A DNA stretch of 64,000 nt from an uncultured Lachnospiraceae bacterium (GCA_947626945.1 CANQUC010000001.1:33365-97364), one strand, 5' to 3'; counted from the stretch's first letter, positions 17,771 to 27,410 are shown. Numbers and translations are program-made. Notes: generated from the letters alone by a model not told the origin.

Positions 17771-18070
17771 ATGAACAGCAAGATCAAAACGGAAGCGGTA
17801 GACCATTTATTTGACGCCATACTCAGCCTGGAGAGCCGGGAGGACTGTTATCTCTTTTTTGAAGACGTCTGCACCATCAATGAACTGCTTTCTCTGTCTC
17901 AGCGTTTTGAAGTGGCAAAGATGCTGCGGGAGAATAAGCGGTATCTGGAGATCGCGGAAGAAACAGGCGCTTCCACAGCGACCATCAGCCGCGTGAACCG
18001 TTCTCTGAATTATGGAAATGACGGATATGATATGGTATTTGAGCGGATGAAACAAAAGAAACAGAAATAA
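17771..18070 (+). CDS. YerC/YecD-family TrpR-like DNA-binding protein
   Basis: 'CTINELLSLSQRFEVAKML...YLEIAEETGASTATISRVNRSLNYG' HTH. ATG 17771 lies 9 nt after AGGAGG. Confidence 0.85.
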   Translation: MNSKIKTEAVDHLFDAILSLESREDCYLFFEDVCTINELLSLSQRFEVAKMLRENKRYLEIAEETGASTATISRVNRSLNYGNDGYDMVFERMKQKKQK

Positions 18071-18072
18071 AA

Positions 18073-18110
18073 AAGGAAGGCAGTGGAGATCACTTGCCTT
18101 CCTTGCTTTT
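18073..18110. terminator. Bidirectional hairpin terminator between convergent genes
   Basis: aaggaaggcagtg / cacttgccttcctt stem (1-nt bulge), flanked by an A-run upstream and gctttt downstream. Confidence 0.7.
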
Positions 18111-18737
18111 CTGGGATTCCTTTTCTTCTTTGTTTTTGGGGCTGATCACCTGGTCGATGAGTTTTTCGATCAGTTGTTTTTTGACATATACATCGTAGCC
18201 CAGAGTACAGATCAGCATAAAAAGCTGCAGAAATTCCTGCTCGGATTCCGGCACCTGCTCAAAGCTGTGACAGGCCAGATCCAATCTGGCCCGCAGATCC
18301 TTTTCCATAGTGGGAACCTGGGAAAGCTGAGCCTCCAGAATCTCCTTATAAATGTCTGACAGAGAAATGCTGCCCGCGATCTGTCCGTCTTTGGAAAAGT
18401 AGCCGTCTGTGAGAGGCTTCAGCAGGTTCTGGATGTCGCCGATAGACAACAGATTTTTGAAATAATAAATAAAAGTCAGAAGCAGCATATGCTCCCTGGA
18501 ATATTTTTTCTTCACGGGAGGGGGCAGCATGTTGTTCTTGGCATAATTGTTGATCATGGTCTTGGTGAGCACCTTGTCGTCATCATAGCGCCTGTGGGGG
18601 CTTAGCCGGGCATCCATAAAGGTGGTTACCTGATCCATATACAGATCGATGTTGGGCAGCTCGTCAGGCCTGATATAGTTTCTGTGGGCAAGGGTTTTCA
18701 GCAGATCCTCCACCACTTCATTTGTATGTTTATCCAT
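18090..18737 (-). CDS. DUF1836 domain protein
   Basis: 'IDLYMDQVTTFMD...LTKTMINNYAKNNMLPPPVKKKYSREHMLLLTFIYYFKNLLSI' is characteristic of DUF1836. Confidence 0.75.
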   Translation of the reverse strand: MDKHTNEVVEDLLKTLAHRNYIRPDELPNIDLYMDQVTTFMDARLSPHRRYDDDKVLTKTMINNYAKNNMLPPPVKKKYSREHMLLLTFIYYFKNLLSIGDIQNLLKPLTDGYFSKDGQIAGSISLSDIYKEILEAQLSQVPTMEKDLRARLDLACHSFEQVPESEQEFLQLFMLICTLGYDVYVKKQLIEKLIDQVISPKNKEEKESQKSKEGK

Positions 18738-18918
18738 ATGTGGGAGTCCTTTCTAAACAACATCTTCAAACTACATTATATAGTTTTTAAAACCTTATGT
18801 AAAGTGTTTTTTTGAGCCGTTTTCATCTGGCCGGAGATTGACAGAAAAGGGGAATTCCATTATACTAAATGACAGTCGGAAAAAGACAGGCAATACAAGC
18901 AGAAAGGTAACCCGGTTT

Positions 18919-21282
18919 ATGAATTTACAGGGCATTTTAAACAAAGAACAGGAAGAAGCGGTGCTCCATGGAGAAGGGCCGCTTTTGATTTTGGCGGGCG
19001 CGGGCTCCGGAAAAACCCGGGTGCTTACATACCGGATCGCACATTTGATCGCGGATCGGGGCGTGTCCCCATGGAATATCCTTGCCATTACCTTTACCAA
19101 CAAAGCGGCCGGGGAAATGCGGGAGCGGGTAGATCAGCTGGCAGGCTTCGGCGCGGAGCAGGTGTGGGTCAGCACCTTTCACGCCACCTGCGTGCGGATC
19201 CTTCGGCGGCACATCGACTGCATTGGCTATCAGACCAATTTTACCATTTATGATACAGATGATTCCAAGTCTCTGATCAGGGACGTGTGCAGGCAGGTGG
19301 GGGTAGACACAAAGGTCTACAAAGAGCGAAGCCTTTTATCTGCCATTTCTGCCGCAAAAAATGAAATGATCACACCGGAGCAGTTTGCCCGGGACGCGGC
19401 AGGCGACTACGGACAGGAGCAGGTGGCAAAGGTTTATCAGGCTTATCAGCAGCAGCTTTATCGGAACAATGCGCTGGATTTTGATGATCTGCTGCAAAAA
19501 ACGGTGGAGCTGTTTTCACGGACGCCGGAGGTTCTTGCCTATTATCAGGAACGGTTCCGGTATATTCTGGTGGATGAATATCAGGACACCAATACCGTGC
19601 AGTTTGAATTTGTGCGTCTGCTGGCAGACCGGTACCGCAATCTGTGCGTGGTGGGGGATGACGATCAGTCCATTTACAAGTTCAGGGGAGCCAACATTGA
19701 AAACATATTGAGCTTTGAACGGCATTATCCTGACGCAAAGGTGATCAAGCTGGAGCAAAATTACCGGTCCACCGGCAATATTCTGAAGGCTGCCAACGGG
19801 GTGATTTCCAATAACAGAGGCCGGAAAGAAAAGCGTCTGTGGACAGAAGCGGAGGAGGGAAAAAAAATTCCGCTGCTGCAGTTTGATTCCGCGTACCAGG
19901 AGGCGGAATATATTGTAGGAGATATCCGAAGCAAAGTGCGGAGCGGGTTTTATGAATACAGGGATTTTGCCATCCTGTACCGCACCAACGCTCAGTCCCG
20001 CCTGTTTGAGGAAAAGCTTCTGCTGTCCGGCACGCCTTACAAGATCATTGGCGGCGTAAACTTTTACGCGAGAAAAGAGATCAAGGATCTGCTGGCCTAT
20101 TTAAAGACCGTTGACAACGGTCAGGACGATCTGGCGGTAAAGCGGATCATCAACGTGCCCCGGCGGGGGATCGGCAATACCACCATCGCCCGGATAGAGG
20201 AATATGCCGGAGAAAGGGGAATCAGTTTTTATGAGGGACTTTTGCAGGCAGAGAACATTCCCGGGATCTCCAGAGCGCAAAACAGTATCCGGTCTTTTGT
20301 AAAGCCCATTCAGGACGCCCGCGCCAAAGCGGACAGCTGTTCCGTAAAGGAGCTTTTGGAGAAGCTGATTGAGGATTCCGGTTATGTGCGGGAGCTGGAG
20401 GAAGCGGACACCGATGAGGCGAAAAACCGCATGGAAAATATCGACGAACTGTTCAGTAAGATCGCAGGTTATGAGGAAAGCGCCCAGGAACCCTCTCTGA
20501 GCGGATTTTTGCAGGAGGTGGCTCTGGTAGCCGATGTGGACAGCCTGGAAAATGATCAGAATTATGTGGTGCTGATGACCCTGCACAGCGCAAAGGGCCT
20601 GGAGTTTCCAAACGTCTATCTTACCGGTATGGAAGAAGGCGTTTTCCCAAGCTATCTGTCCTTTGCCATGGAAGATCCGGCGGATCTGGAGGAAGAACGG
20701 CGGCTTTGCTATGTAGGCATTACCAGAGCGAAAAGGGAGCTGACTCTGACCTGGGCAAAAATGCGGATGCAGCGGGGCGAGACCCAGTACAGCATGCCCT
20801 CCCGGTTTTTGCGGGAGGTGCCAAAAGAAGTGCTGGACGGCGCCGCTGGAGAGCGGGGAGACCAAAAGCGTTTGGAGGGATTCCTGGCGGCCGGAGGTTT
20901 TGGCCAGCCGGCAGTGTTTGGACAGACGGGCAGAACCGGCCAGTCGGGAGCTGCCGGGCAGACAGGAAGAACCGGTTTTTCGGGTGTTTCCGGGCAGACG
21001 GGCAGAACCGGCCAGTCGGGAGCTGCCGGGCAGACAGGCAGGAACAGCCGGTTCCAGGGAAAGTATCAGTCTGCCATTATGACAGGAAAGCAGATGCAGG
21101 TCAACAAGGCGGAGGGCCTGTCCTACGGCGTAGGAGACCGGGTGAGCCATGTGAAATTCGGACAGGGAACGGTAATGAACATTGCCGACGGCGGAAAAGA
21201 CTATGAGGTTCAGGTAAACTTTGACAGCTGCGGCGTTAAAAAAATGTTTGCCTCTTTTGCGAAACTGAAAAAATGTCCGTGA
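18919..21282 (+). CDS. pcrA: ATP-dependent DNA helicase PcrA (UvrD family)
   Basis: Start at ATG 18919 ('MNLQGILNKEQEEAV...LAGAGSGKT'). 'VDEYQDTN', 'TLHSAKGLEFP', 'YVGITRAK'. C-terminal Tudor-like 'GDRVSHVKFGQGTV'. Confidence 0.93.
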   Translation: MNLQGILNKEQEEAVLHGEGPLLILAGAGSGKTRVLTYRIAHLIADRGVSPWNILAITFTNKAAGEMRERVDQLAGFGAEQVWVSTFHATCVRILRRHIDCIGYQTNFTIYDTDDSKSLIRDVCRQVGVDTKVYKERSLLSAISAAKNEMITPEQFARDAAGDYGQEQVAKVYQAYQQQLYRNNALDFDDLLQKTVELFSRTPEVLAYYQERFRYILVDEYQDTNTVQFEFVRLLADRYRNLCVVGDDDQSIYKFRGANIENILSFERHYPDAKVIKLEQNYRSTGNILKAANGVISNNRGRKEKRLWTEAEEGKKIPLLQFDSAYQEAEYIVGDIRSKVRSGFYEYRDFAILYRTNAQSRLFEEKLLLSGTPYKIIGGVNFYARKEIKDLLAYLKTVDNGQDDLAVKRIINVPRRGIGNTTIARIEEYAGERGISFYEGLLQAENIPGISRAQNSIRSFVKPIQDARAKADSCSVKELLEKLIEDSGYVRELEEADTDEAKNRMENIDELFSKIAGYEESAQEPSLSGFLQEVALVADVDSLENDQNYVVLMTLHSAKGLEFPNVYLTGMEEGVFPSYLSFAMEDPADLEEERRLCYVGITRAKRELTLTWAKMRMQRGETQYSMPSRFLREVPKEVLDGAAGERGDQKRLEGFLAAGGFGQPAVFGQTGRTGQSGAAGQTGRTGFSGVSGQTGRTGQSGAAGQTGRNSRFQGKYQSAIMTGKQMQVNKAEGLSYGVGDRVSHVKFGQGTVMNIADGGKDYEVQVNFDSCGVKKMFASFAKLKKCP
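20920..21038 (+). repeat. In-frame 72-bp (2 x 36-bp) tandem duplication encoding Gly-rich GQTGRTGQSGAA units in the PcrA linker
   Basis: ggRcagacgggcagaaccggccagtcgggagctgccgggcagacagg occurs at 20920 and again at 20992. Confidence 0.9.
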
Positions 21283-21435
21283 CCTGACGAGAGCAGATAA
21301 ATGTTGGAAAAAATAAAAAGATTGGTTGAAAAAAATAGGAATTGGATATAGTAAATTTAGAAAAGGTGTGTTAAAATAAAAGAAAAGTACAGGAAAAAAT
21401 AACCACGATGCAAATACAGGAAAGGAGGGCTTGTC

Positions 21436-21774
21436 ATGGGCCGCATGGAGGAATTTGTAAATAACACAAAGATTGCCGAGCTTCTGCACCGCAAACAGAA
21501 AGAGGAGGATTGCAAACATACGATTATGGTTGTTCTCGCCATCCTCGGAGCGATTGCCGCGGTGGCCGCCATCGCTTACGCCGTGTACCGTCATTTTACG
21601 CCTGATTATCTGGAAGACTTTGAAGAGGATTATGACGACGATTTTGACGATATGTTCTTTGCGGACGATGAGGCAGAAGACAGCGCCAAGGATACCGTGA
21701 AAGAGACCGTAAAAGAAACCGTAAAGGATGCTGTCGAAGAAGGTAAGGAAGCTGTTGAGGAAGCTGTTGAATAA
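21436..21774 (+). CDS. Small single-pass membrane protein with highly acidic C-terminal tail (hypothetical)
   Basis: AGGAGGG RBS. TM 'IMVVLAILGAIAAVAAIAYAVY'. Tail 'EDFEEDYDDDFDDMFFADDEAED...KETVKETVK'. Confidence 0.6.
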   Translation: MGRMEEFVNNTKIAELLHRKQKEEDCKHTIMVVLAILGAIAAVAAIAYAVYRHFTPDYLEDFEEDYDDDFDDMFFADDEAEDSAKDTVKETVKETVKDAVEEGKEAVEEAVE

Positions 21775-21922
21775 TCAACAGGCTGATTGGAACAGAATTT
21801 TGATTGCAGGGGAGTTTCCCGTTTCCGGCAATGGCCGGATGGGAAACTCTTTTCTGCTATAACAGGATTTTTTTGGTCAGCCGGTTTTCAACAGAAATCT
21901 GGTCTGAGGAAAGGGAGTCAGT

Positions 21923-23296
21923 ATGCCGGTTAAAAAGGGACAGGTTTATGAAGGCGTTGTAGAGGGGATCGATTTCCCCAATCAGGGGAAAGTCATGGCA
22001 GACGGGCAGCAGGTTACGGTGAAAAACGCCCTGCCGGGCCAGCGGATCCGCTTTTCGATCAAGAAGGCGCGAAAGGAAAAAGCAGAAGGGCGGCTTCTCC
22101 AGGTGACGGAGCGGGCGCCGGAGGAACAAATCCCCGCCTGCGGCGTGTTTGGACAATGCGGCGGGTGCCTGTATCTGTCGCTGCCCTATGAGACCCAGCT
22201 TGCCCTGAAAGAAAAACAGATCCGAAAGATCCTGAACAGGGCCGCGGCAGAGAAATTTGTCTTTGAGGGGATCCTGCCCAGCCCGGCGCCCTGGGAATAC
22301 CGCAACAAAATGGAGTTTACGTTTGGGGACGCCTGCAAGGACGGGCCTCTTTCCCTTGGCATGCACAGGCGGGACGGGTTCTATGACATCATTACCGCGG
22401 ACCGCTGCCAGATTGTAGATGAAGACTACAGAAAGATCCTGCAGGCGGTGCTTGGCTTTTTCCGGGAACGGCATACCCCTCATTTTCACAGACTGCGCCA
22501 TGACGGATTTTTGCGTCACCTGCTGGTGCGGAAAGGGGCAAAGAGCGGTCAGATACTGATCGACCTGATCACCACTTCTGAAAAGGAAACCTATTTCCCC
22601 CAAAATGAAGCCAAAGCTTTTGTGGACAAGCTTCTGGCTTTGGATCTGGAGGGAACCGTTGCCGGGATTTTGCATACGGTGAACGACAGCCCGGCGGACG
22701 CGGTGCGAAATGACGGAACCGTGATCCTGTATGGAAAAGATTATTTTTATGAGGAGATTCTGGGACTTCAATTTCGGATCACGCCTTTTTCTTTCTTTCA
22801 GACTAATTCCCTTGGGGCGGAGGTTCTTTACGAAAAGGCGCGGGAGTATGTGGGAGAGACAAAGGACAGGATCCTTTTTGACCTGTACAGCGGCACCGGC
22901 ACCATTGCCCAGCTGCTGGCGCCTGTGGCGAAAAAAGTGGTAGGTGTGGAGATCGTAGAAGAAGCTGTGGAGGCCGCCAGGGAAAATGCCGCCAGAAATG
23001 GTCTGACCAACTGTGAATTTCTGGCGGGAGACGTGCTGAAAGTTATGGAAGAGCTTGCGGACAAGCCGGATCTGATCGTGCTGGATCCCCCAAGAGACGG
23101 GGTTCATCCCAAAGCGCTGCGGAAGATCATGGATTTTGGCGTGGAACGGATGGTGTACATTTCCTGTAAGCCCACCAGCCTGGCAAGAGATCTGGAGGCG
23201 CTGCAGGCAGGGGGATACCGGCTGGAAAAAGCCGTTGCCGTGGACATGTTCCCCTGGGCCGGATCTATTGAAACTGTTGTCTTATTGCGCTACTAA
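21923..23296 (+). CDS. rlmD: 23S rRNA (uracil-5-)-methyltransferase RlmD/RumA family
   Basis: TRAM domain at the N-terminus. Cys cluster 'CGVFGQCGGCLY'. 'FDLYSGTGTI' SAM motif, 'LDPPRDG', 'YISCKP', C-terminal '...ETVVLL'. Confidence 0.9.
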   Translation: MPVKKGQVYEGVVEGIDFPNQGKVMADGQQVTVKNALPGQRIRFSIKKARKEKAEGRLLQVTERAPEEQIPACGVFGQCGGCLYLSLPYETQLALKEKQIRKILNRAAAEKFVFEGILPSPAPWEYRNKMEFTFGDACKDGPLSLGMHRRDGFYDIITADRCQIVDEDYRKILQAVLGFFRERHTPHFHRLRHDGFLRHLLVRKGAKSGQILIDLITTSEKETYFPQNEAKAFVDKLLALDLEGTVAGILHTVNDSPADAVRNDGTVILYGKDYFYEEILGLQFRITPFSFFQTNSLGAEVLYEKAREYVGETKDRILFDLYSGTGTIAQLLAPVAKKVVGVEIVEEAVEAARENAARNGLTNCEFLAGDVLKVMEELADKPDLIVLDPPRDGVHPKALRKIMDFGVERMVYISCKPTSLARDLEALQAGGYRLEKAVAVDMFPWAGSIETVVLLRY

Positions 23297-23519
23297 AACG
23301 CAAAGTGATATATTCAGGTGAAATACGAGCCAGATGATAGTTATATGAATGATCCGAGCATTCTAATCCAAGAGAAATTGAAGAATGGTATCAACTTCAT
23401 AGCCGCCGTTATTATAATAGAGGCGTGGGAGTCTTAAAAGAATAGAAAAATCATATAGAAAGCTTTTTTAGATTTTATAAAAGAAAAGAGTAAAAGTTGA
23501 TTATTACTGGAGGTGGGGT

Positions 23520-25025
23520 ATGACCAGAGAGGAAATTTTGGCTGGTGAATCCAAAAACATAGAATTTAAGGTAAGGCGTCCGGAAAAAAGTATTCATTAT
23601 ACGAAATCCGTTGTGGCGTTTGCTAATGGAAAAGGCGGCAGTATTATTTTCGGAATTGACGACAAAACCAGAGATATTGTTGGTGTTCCGGAGGAGAGTG
23701 TTTTCCGTGAAATGGATGCCATTACAAATGCGATTTCCGACAGCTGTGAGCCGGTAATTGTTCCTGATATTTATCCACAGACAATAGATGGGAAAACGAT
23801 TATTGTTGTTGAAATTGGCGCAGGGAAACAAAAGCCATATTATATTAGGCAAGAGGGCATCACTGATGGCGTTTATATGCGGGTTTCAGGAACGACCAGA
23901 AAGGCTGACCGAGCGATGACTCAGGAAATGTATTATGAATCTGAAGGCCGGTCTTATGATATGGTGATTCGGAAAGATTTGAATTTATCGGATCAGGACA
24001 TCGAAAAGCTTTGTGCTGATATGAAAAAAGTTGCGCTTTCTAACTGTAAGAATAATGCCTCAAAAGAGAAGATTAAGGATGTGACAAAAAATGTTCTGTT
24101 GAACTGGGGCATTTTGGCAGAAGATGAAAATGGAGATATTCATCCGACAAACGCTTATGTTTTCCTGACCGGGCAAGATACATTTCTGTCTAAAATTCAG
24201 TGCGGTATGTTTAAGGGAACGACGCGGACAGTGTTTGTAGATAAACGTGATTATGAAGGCCCGTTGTGGGAGCAGGCAGAGGAAGCGTATCAGTTTGTGC
24301 TTCGCAATATCCGTCTTGGAGCCAGGATAGAGGGACTTTATCGTAAGGATATTTACGAACTGCCGCCGGACAGTATTCGCGAACTTATTATGAATGCTGT
24401 CATGAACTGCAGCTTTTTGCAGCCCTCACATATTCAGGTAGCTGTCTATGATGATCGTGTGGAAATCACCTCGCCGGGCGGATTGATGCCGAGAGTGACT
24501 ATTGAAAGAATGAAAGAGGGTTACTCTCAGATCAGAAACCGTGCGTTGGCTCACGCATTTTCCTATATGAATCTGATTGAAGGCTGGGGAACCGGAATTC
24601 CGCGACTTCTTCGGGAGATGAAAGAATACGGACTTGCAGAACCGGAATTTATTGATATGGAGATCGCGCTTCGAATCAATCTGTACAGATCAGCAGGTAT
24701 TGTACAGGACAATGCGCAAAACGTTTTGAAAGATAGTTCGAAAACGCAGTATGATGCGCATAAAATGCGCGAAAATAAAAAAGTGCGCGATAAGTGCGCG
24801 ATAAGTGCGCTTAAACAAGAACTGAATACACAAGAAAAAATGATCTTGGAGTTTATTATTGAGAATGGCAATATTACATCAAGCCGGACTATGGAATTGC
24901 TAAATCTGAAAAAGAGAAGAGCGCAGGTGATTCTTGGGCAAATGATAAAAGACGGACTTATCTGTAAAGTAGGAGCAGCCAGAAGCACACGTTATATTTT
25001 AAATAAATCATTGATAAATAATTGA
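23520..25025 (+). CDS. Schlafen/AlbA_2 domain + HATPase_c_4 + C-terminal wHTH protein (COG2865-type)
   Basis: 'ESKNIEFK...AFANGKGGSIIFGIDD' AlbA_2 signature. 'NAVMNCSF...VAVYDDRVEITSPGGL' ATPase-like region. C-terminal 'ILEFIIENGNITSSRTMELLNLKKRRAQVILGQMIKDGLI' wHTH. The gene is visibly AT-richer than its surroundings. Confidence 0.8.
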   Translation: MTREEILAGESKNIEFKVRRPEKSIHYTKSVVAFANGKGGSIIFGIDDKTRDIVGVPEESVFREMDAITNAISDSCEPVIVPDIYPQTIDGKTIIVVEIGAGKQKPYYIRQEGITDGVYMRVSGTTRKADRAMTQEMYYESEGRSYDMVIRKDLNLSDQDIEKLCADMKKVALSNCKNNASKEKIKDVTKNVLLNWGILAEDENGDIHPTNAYVFLTGQDTFLSKIQCGMFKGTTRTVFVDKRDYEGPLWEQAEEAYQFVLRNIRLGARIEGLYRKDIYELPPDSIRELIMNAVMNCSFLQPSHIQVAVYDDRVEITSPGGLMPRVTIERMKEGYSQIRNRALAHAFSYMNLIEGWGTGIPRLLREMKEYGLAEPEFIDMEIALRINLYRSAGIVQDNAQNVLKDSSKTQYDAHKMRENKKVRDKCAISALKQELNTQEKMILEFIIENGNITSSRTMELLNLKKRRAQVILGQMIKDGLICKVGAARSTRYILNKSLINN

Positions 25026-25167
25026 GATAAGAATAAACAGATTCTATTTGGATAAAAATGGAATAAGCTTTCTCCGGAAATTGGTTTATCATGGGATCCT
25101 CTATTGCAATAAAAAGGAACATTTGATAAAATTATGTCATAATGTAACTGAGAATGGGGGATACAGG

Positions 25168-26274
25168 ATGACAGCTTTTCCAAAATCAATTGAACTTGTG
25201 AAACAGTATGTTGAGAGCAAACGGATCCCGTCGGCGGCGCTTGCCATTGGGGTAGGGGACAGGCTCTATGTAAAGCAAACCTTTGGCGTAACGTCCTATA
25301 CGGAAAGCGCCACCGCCGTCAACAGCCGGACGCTGTATGACGTAGCCTCCCTGACAAAGGTAATGGCTACCACAATGCTTGCCCTGAAGCTGATTGAAAA
25401 CAATCAGATCGCGTTGAATGAAAAGCTTCCCAGAATGCTGAATCAGACAGTGCCGGAGGATAAAAGAAACATCACCCTGTTTCAGCTGCTGACGCATACG
25501 GCCGGATTTAAGGCGGTAGTGGAACTGGAGCTTTATTTAAGGCCGGGAACCGATCCCACAGAGTTTCTGCTGAATCTTCCTCTGGCATATGAGCCGGGAA
25601 CCAATATGATCTACAGTGATCTGGGATTTATCCTGCTGGGAAAAATACTGGAGAAACGAACGGGCCGGCCGCTGGATGTGCTTGCGCGGGAAATGGTGTT
25701 TCAGCCCCTGCATATGACGCATACGTCCTATCACCGTCTTGACCGTCCCATTGATCCCAGAAACACCGCTTACACAGAGCGGAACCATTTGACGGGAGAA
25801 TGGCTTGTGGGACAGGTGGATGATCCAAACGCCTATTTTCTAGACGGCGTGTCGGGAAACGCCGGGGTCTTTTCCAATATTGACGATATGATCCTTTATA
25901 CATCCATGCTGGCAGGGCATGGCACGTCAAAGGGGAAGCTGTTCCTGCCAAGAAAGCTGTTTGACCAGGCGATTCAAAATGATACGCCTGGGGCAAGGCA
26001 GAACCGCGGCCTTGGATTTGAGCTGGCAGGCGGGCCCCAGAGCTTTTCGGGAATGTTTTTTGATCCGGGCGCTTTTGGACATACCGGATTCACAGGCCCT
26101 CATTTTCTTGTTTCTCCCAGGACAGGGCTGTATGTTGTCCTGTTAAACAACCGGGTTCACCCCACCCGAAGAAACAAATCTCATCTGGTGCTGAGGAGAG
26201 AACTGGACACGCTGGTTTCTCAGGAATTCTGCCAGATGTTCCCCAACGCCTGCAAAGAAGGAGACTGCTGGTAA
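25168..26274 (+). CDS. Serine hydrolase, class C beta-lactamase/PBP4*-like family
   Basis: 'YDVASLTKVM' (SxxK), 'YSDLGF' (YxN-like region), 'HTGFTG'. Start at ATG 25168. Confidence 0.8.
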   Translation: MTAFPKSIELVKQYVESKRIPSAALAIGVGDRLYVKQTFGVTSYTESATAVNSRTLYDVASLTKVMATTMLALKLIENNQIALNEKLPRMLNQTVPEDKRNITLFQLLTHTAGFKAVVELELYLRPGTDPTEFLLNLPLAYEPGTNMIYSDLGFILLGKILEKRTGRPLDVLAREMVFQPLHMTHTSYHRLDRPIDPRNTAYTERNHLTGEWLVGQVDDPNAYFLDGVSGNAGVFSNIDDMILYTSMLAGHGTSKGKLFLPRKLFDQAIQNDTPGARQNRGLGFELAGGPQSFSGMFFDPGAFGHTGFTGPHFLVSPRTGLYVVLLNNRVHPTRRNKSHLVLRRELDTLVSQEFCQMFPNACKEGDCW

Positions 26275-26314
26275 CCGGAAAGCTTCCCCATGAGGGCAGC
26301 ACCGCGCGGAACTG

Positions 26315-27190
26315 TCAGGAAAAGTCCTCTTTCAGACGCTCCAGCATCCGCCGGGCCATTGGCGTAAAGGTCTGGTATTTTTTCCAGACCAGGTAGATCC
26401 TGGTTTCCAGCCTTGGGGACAGGGGCCGGAATACCAGCCCGCTGCCGGGTTCTGTGTTGATCAGCCGGTCAAAGGTCAGAAGATATCCCAGTCCCTCCTT
26501 TACAAAAAGAGAACCGTTGTATGGCAGCCTGAAAGAGCCCTCCAGGCGAAGCCGGGACATAAGGCTGCCGCACCAGCGGGGCAGGTCTTTGCGCCAGGCC
26601 TGTTCCGAGCAAAACAGCGGAAGCCCGGTCAGATCCTCGGCACAGACGGCCTCTTTTTTTGCAAGCCCACAGTGGGCAGGCATGACCACGCCCCAGGTGT
26701 CGGCTTCCGGAAAACAGAGGCATTCATATCTGGAGGTGTCGGGATCTTCCGCCAATACCGCAAAGTCCAGAATGCCTCTGTCAAGTTTTTCAAGAACCTG
26801 CTCGGTGTCTCCGCTGGTAATGTGATACCGCAGTCCCGGACAGGACTGTTTCAGGTCGCTGACCGCCTGGGCCAGGAAGCGGATCTGATAGGACTCCGCA
26901 AGCCCGAAATAGAGTTCTCCCTCTGTGATATCATCCAGAGAGATAAATTCTCCCATGATCTTATCTGCCATTGCCACCAGGTCTTCCGCCCGTTTGCGCA
27001 GCAGCACGCCCTCCTCTGTCAGAGTGATGCTGAAGCTGTGACGGACAAACAGCTTTTTCCCAAGCTCATTTTCCAGCGCCTGCATTTGTTTGGAAAGAGC
27101 CGGCTGGGTAATATGCAGGTTTTCCGCTGCCCGGGTGATATTTTCCTCTCCGGCAACAGCCAGAAAATTGCGAAGTGTTCTGAGTTCCAT
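26315..27190 (-). CDS. LysR-family transcriptional regulator
   Basis: 'MELRTLRNFLAVAGEENITRAAENLHITQPALSKQMQALENELGKKLFVR' HTH. Start set at 27190; the listed 5' extension to 27283 translates the repeat element. Confidence 0.9.
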   Translation of the reverse strand: MELRTLRNFLAVAGEENITRAAENLHITQPALSKQMQALENELGKKLFVRHSFSITLTEEGVLLRKRAEDLVAMADKIMGEFISLDDITEGELYFGLAESYQIRFLAQAVSDLKQSCPGLRYHITSGDTEQVLEKLDRGILDFAVLAEDPDTSRYECLCFPEADTWGVVMPAHCGLAKKEAVCAEDLTGLPLFCSEQAWRKDLPRWCGSLMSRLRLEGSFRLPYNGSLFVKEGLGYLLTFDRLINTEPGSGLVFRPLSPRLETRIYLVWKKYQTFTPMARRMLERLKEDFS

Positions 27191-27326
27191 AATAATCCCT
27201 ATTCCGGAGCGTTTACGCGACGGGGCGACGCGAACCTCCAGTTCGCGTCTGCCATCAGTGCTATTTGTGACGCTCCGGCACAAATAGCCATGTGAAAAAT
27301 CAGCACATCGGTGTGATTTTTCACAC
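27191..27326 (-). repeat. Structured intergenic repeat, copy B (hairpin module + core), abutting the LysR start codon
   Basis: The reverse complement matches 16081-16235 almost base for base, minus the 19-nt extra hairpin of copy A. Perfect 12-bp inverted repeat tgtgaaaaatca/tgatttttcaca at 27291-27325. Confidence 0.9.
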
Positions 27327-27410
27327 TAATCCCCATTCCGGAGCGTTTACGCGACGGGGCGACGCGAACCTCCAGTTCGCGTCTGCCATCAGTGCTATTT
27401 GTGACATTCC
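27327..27410 (-). repeat. Structured intergenic repeat, copy C (core only), in tandem with copy B
   Basis: taatccccattccggagcgtttacgcgacggggcgacgcgaacctccagttcgcgtctgccatcagtgctatttgtgac repeats the core of copy B head-to-tail. Confidence 0.9.

Noticed and set aside
20101-23107. Minus-strand ORFs of 497 aa (20101-21594) and 416 aa (21857-23107)
   Set aside because: They are antisense to pcrA and rlmD respectively, with shadow-frame composition and no start context.
23297-23519. Possible att direct repeats flanking the AT-rich islet ('tcttattgcgc' near 23280 and 'tctattgcaat' near 25100)
   Set aside because: The match is short and imperfect, and no integrase is present. This is not sufficient to call att sites.
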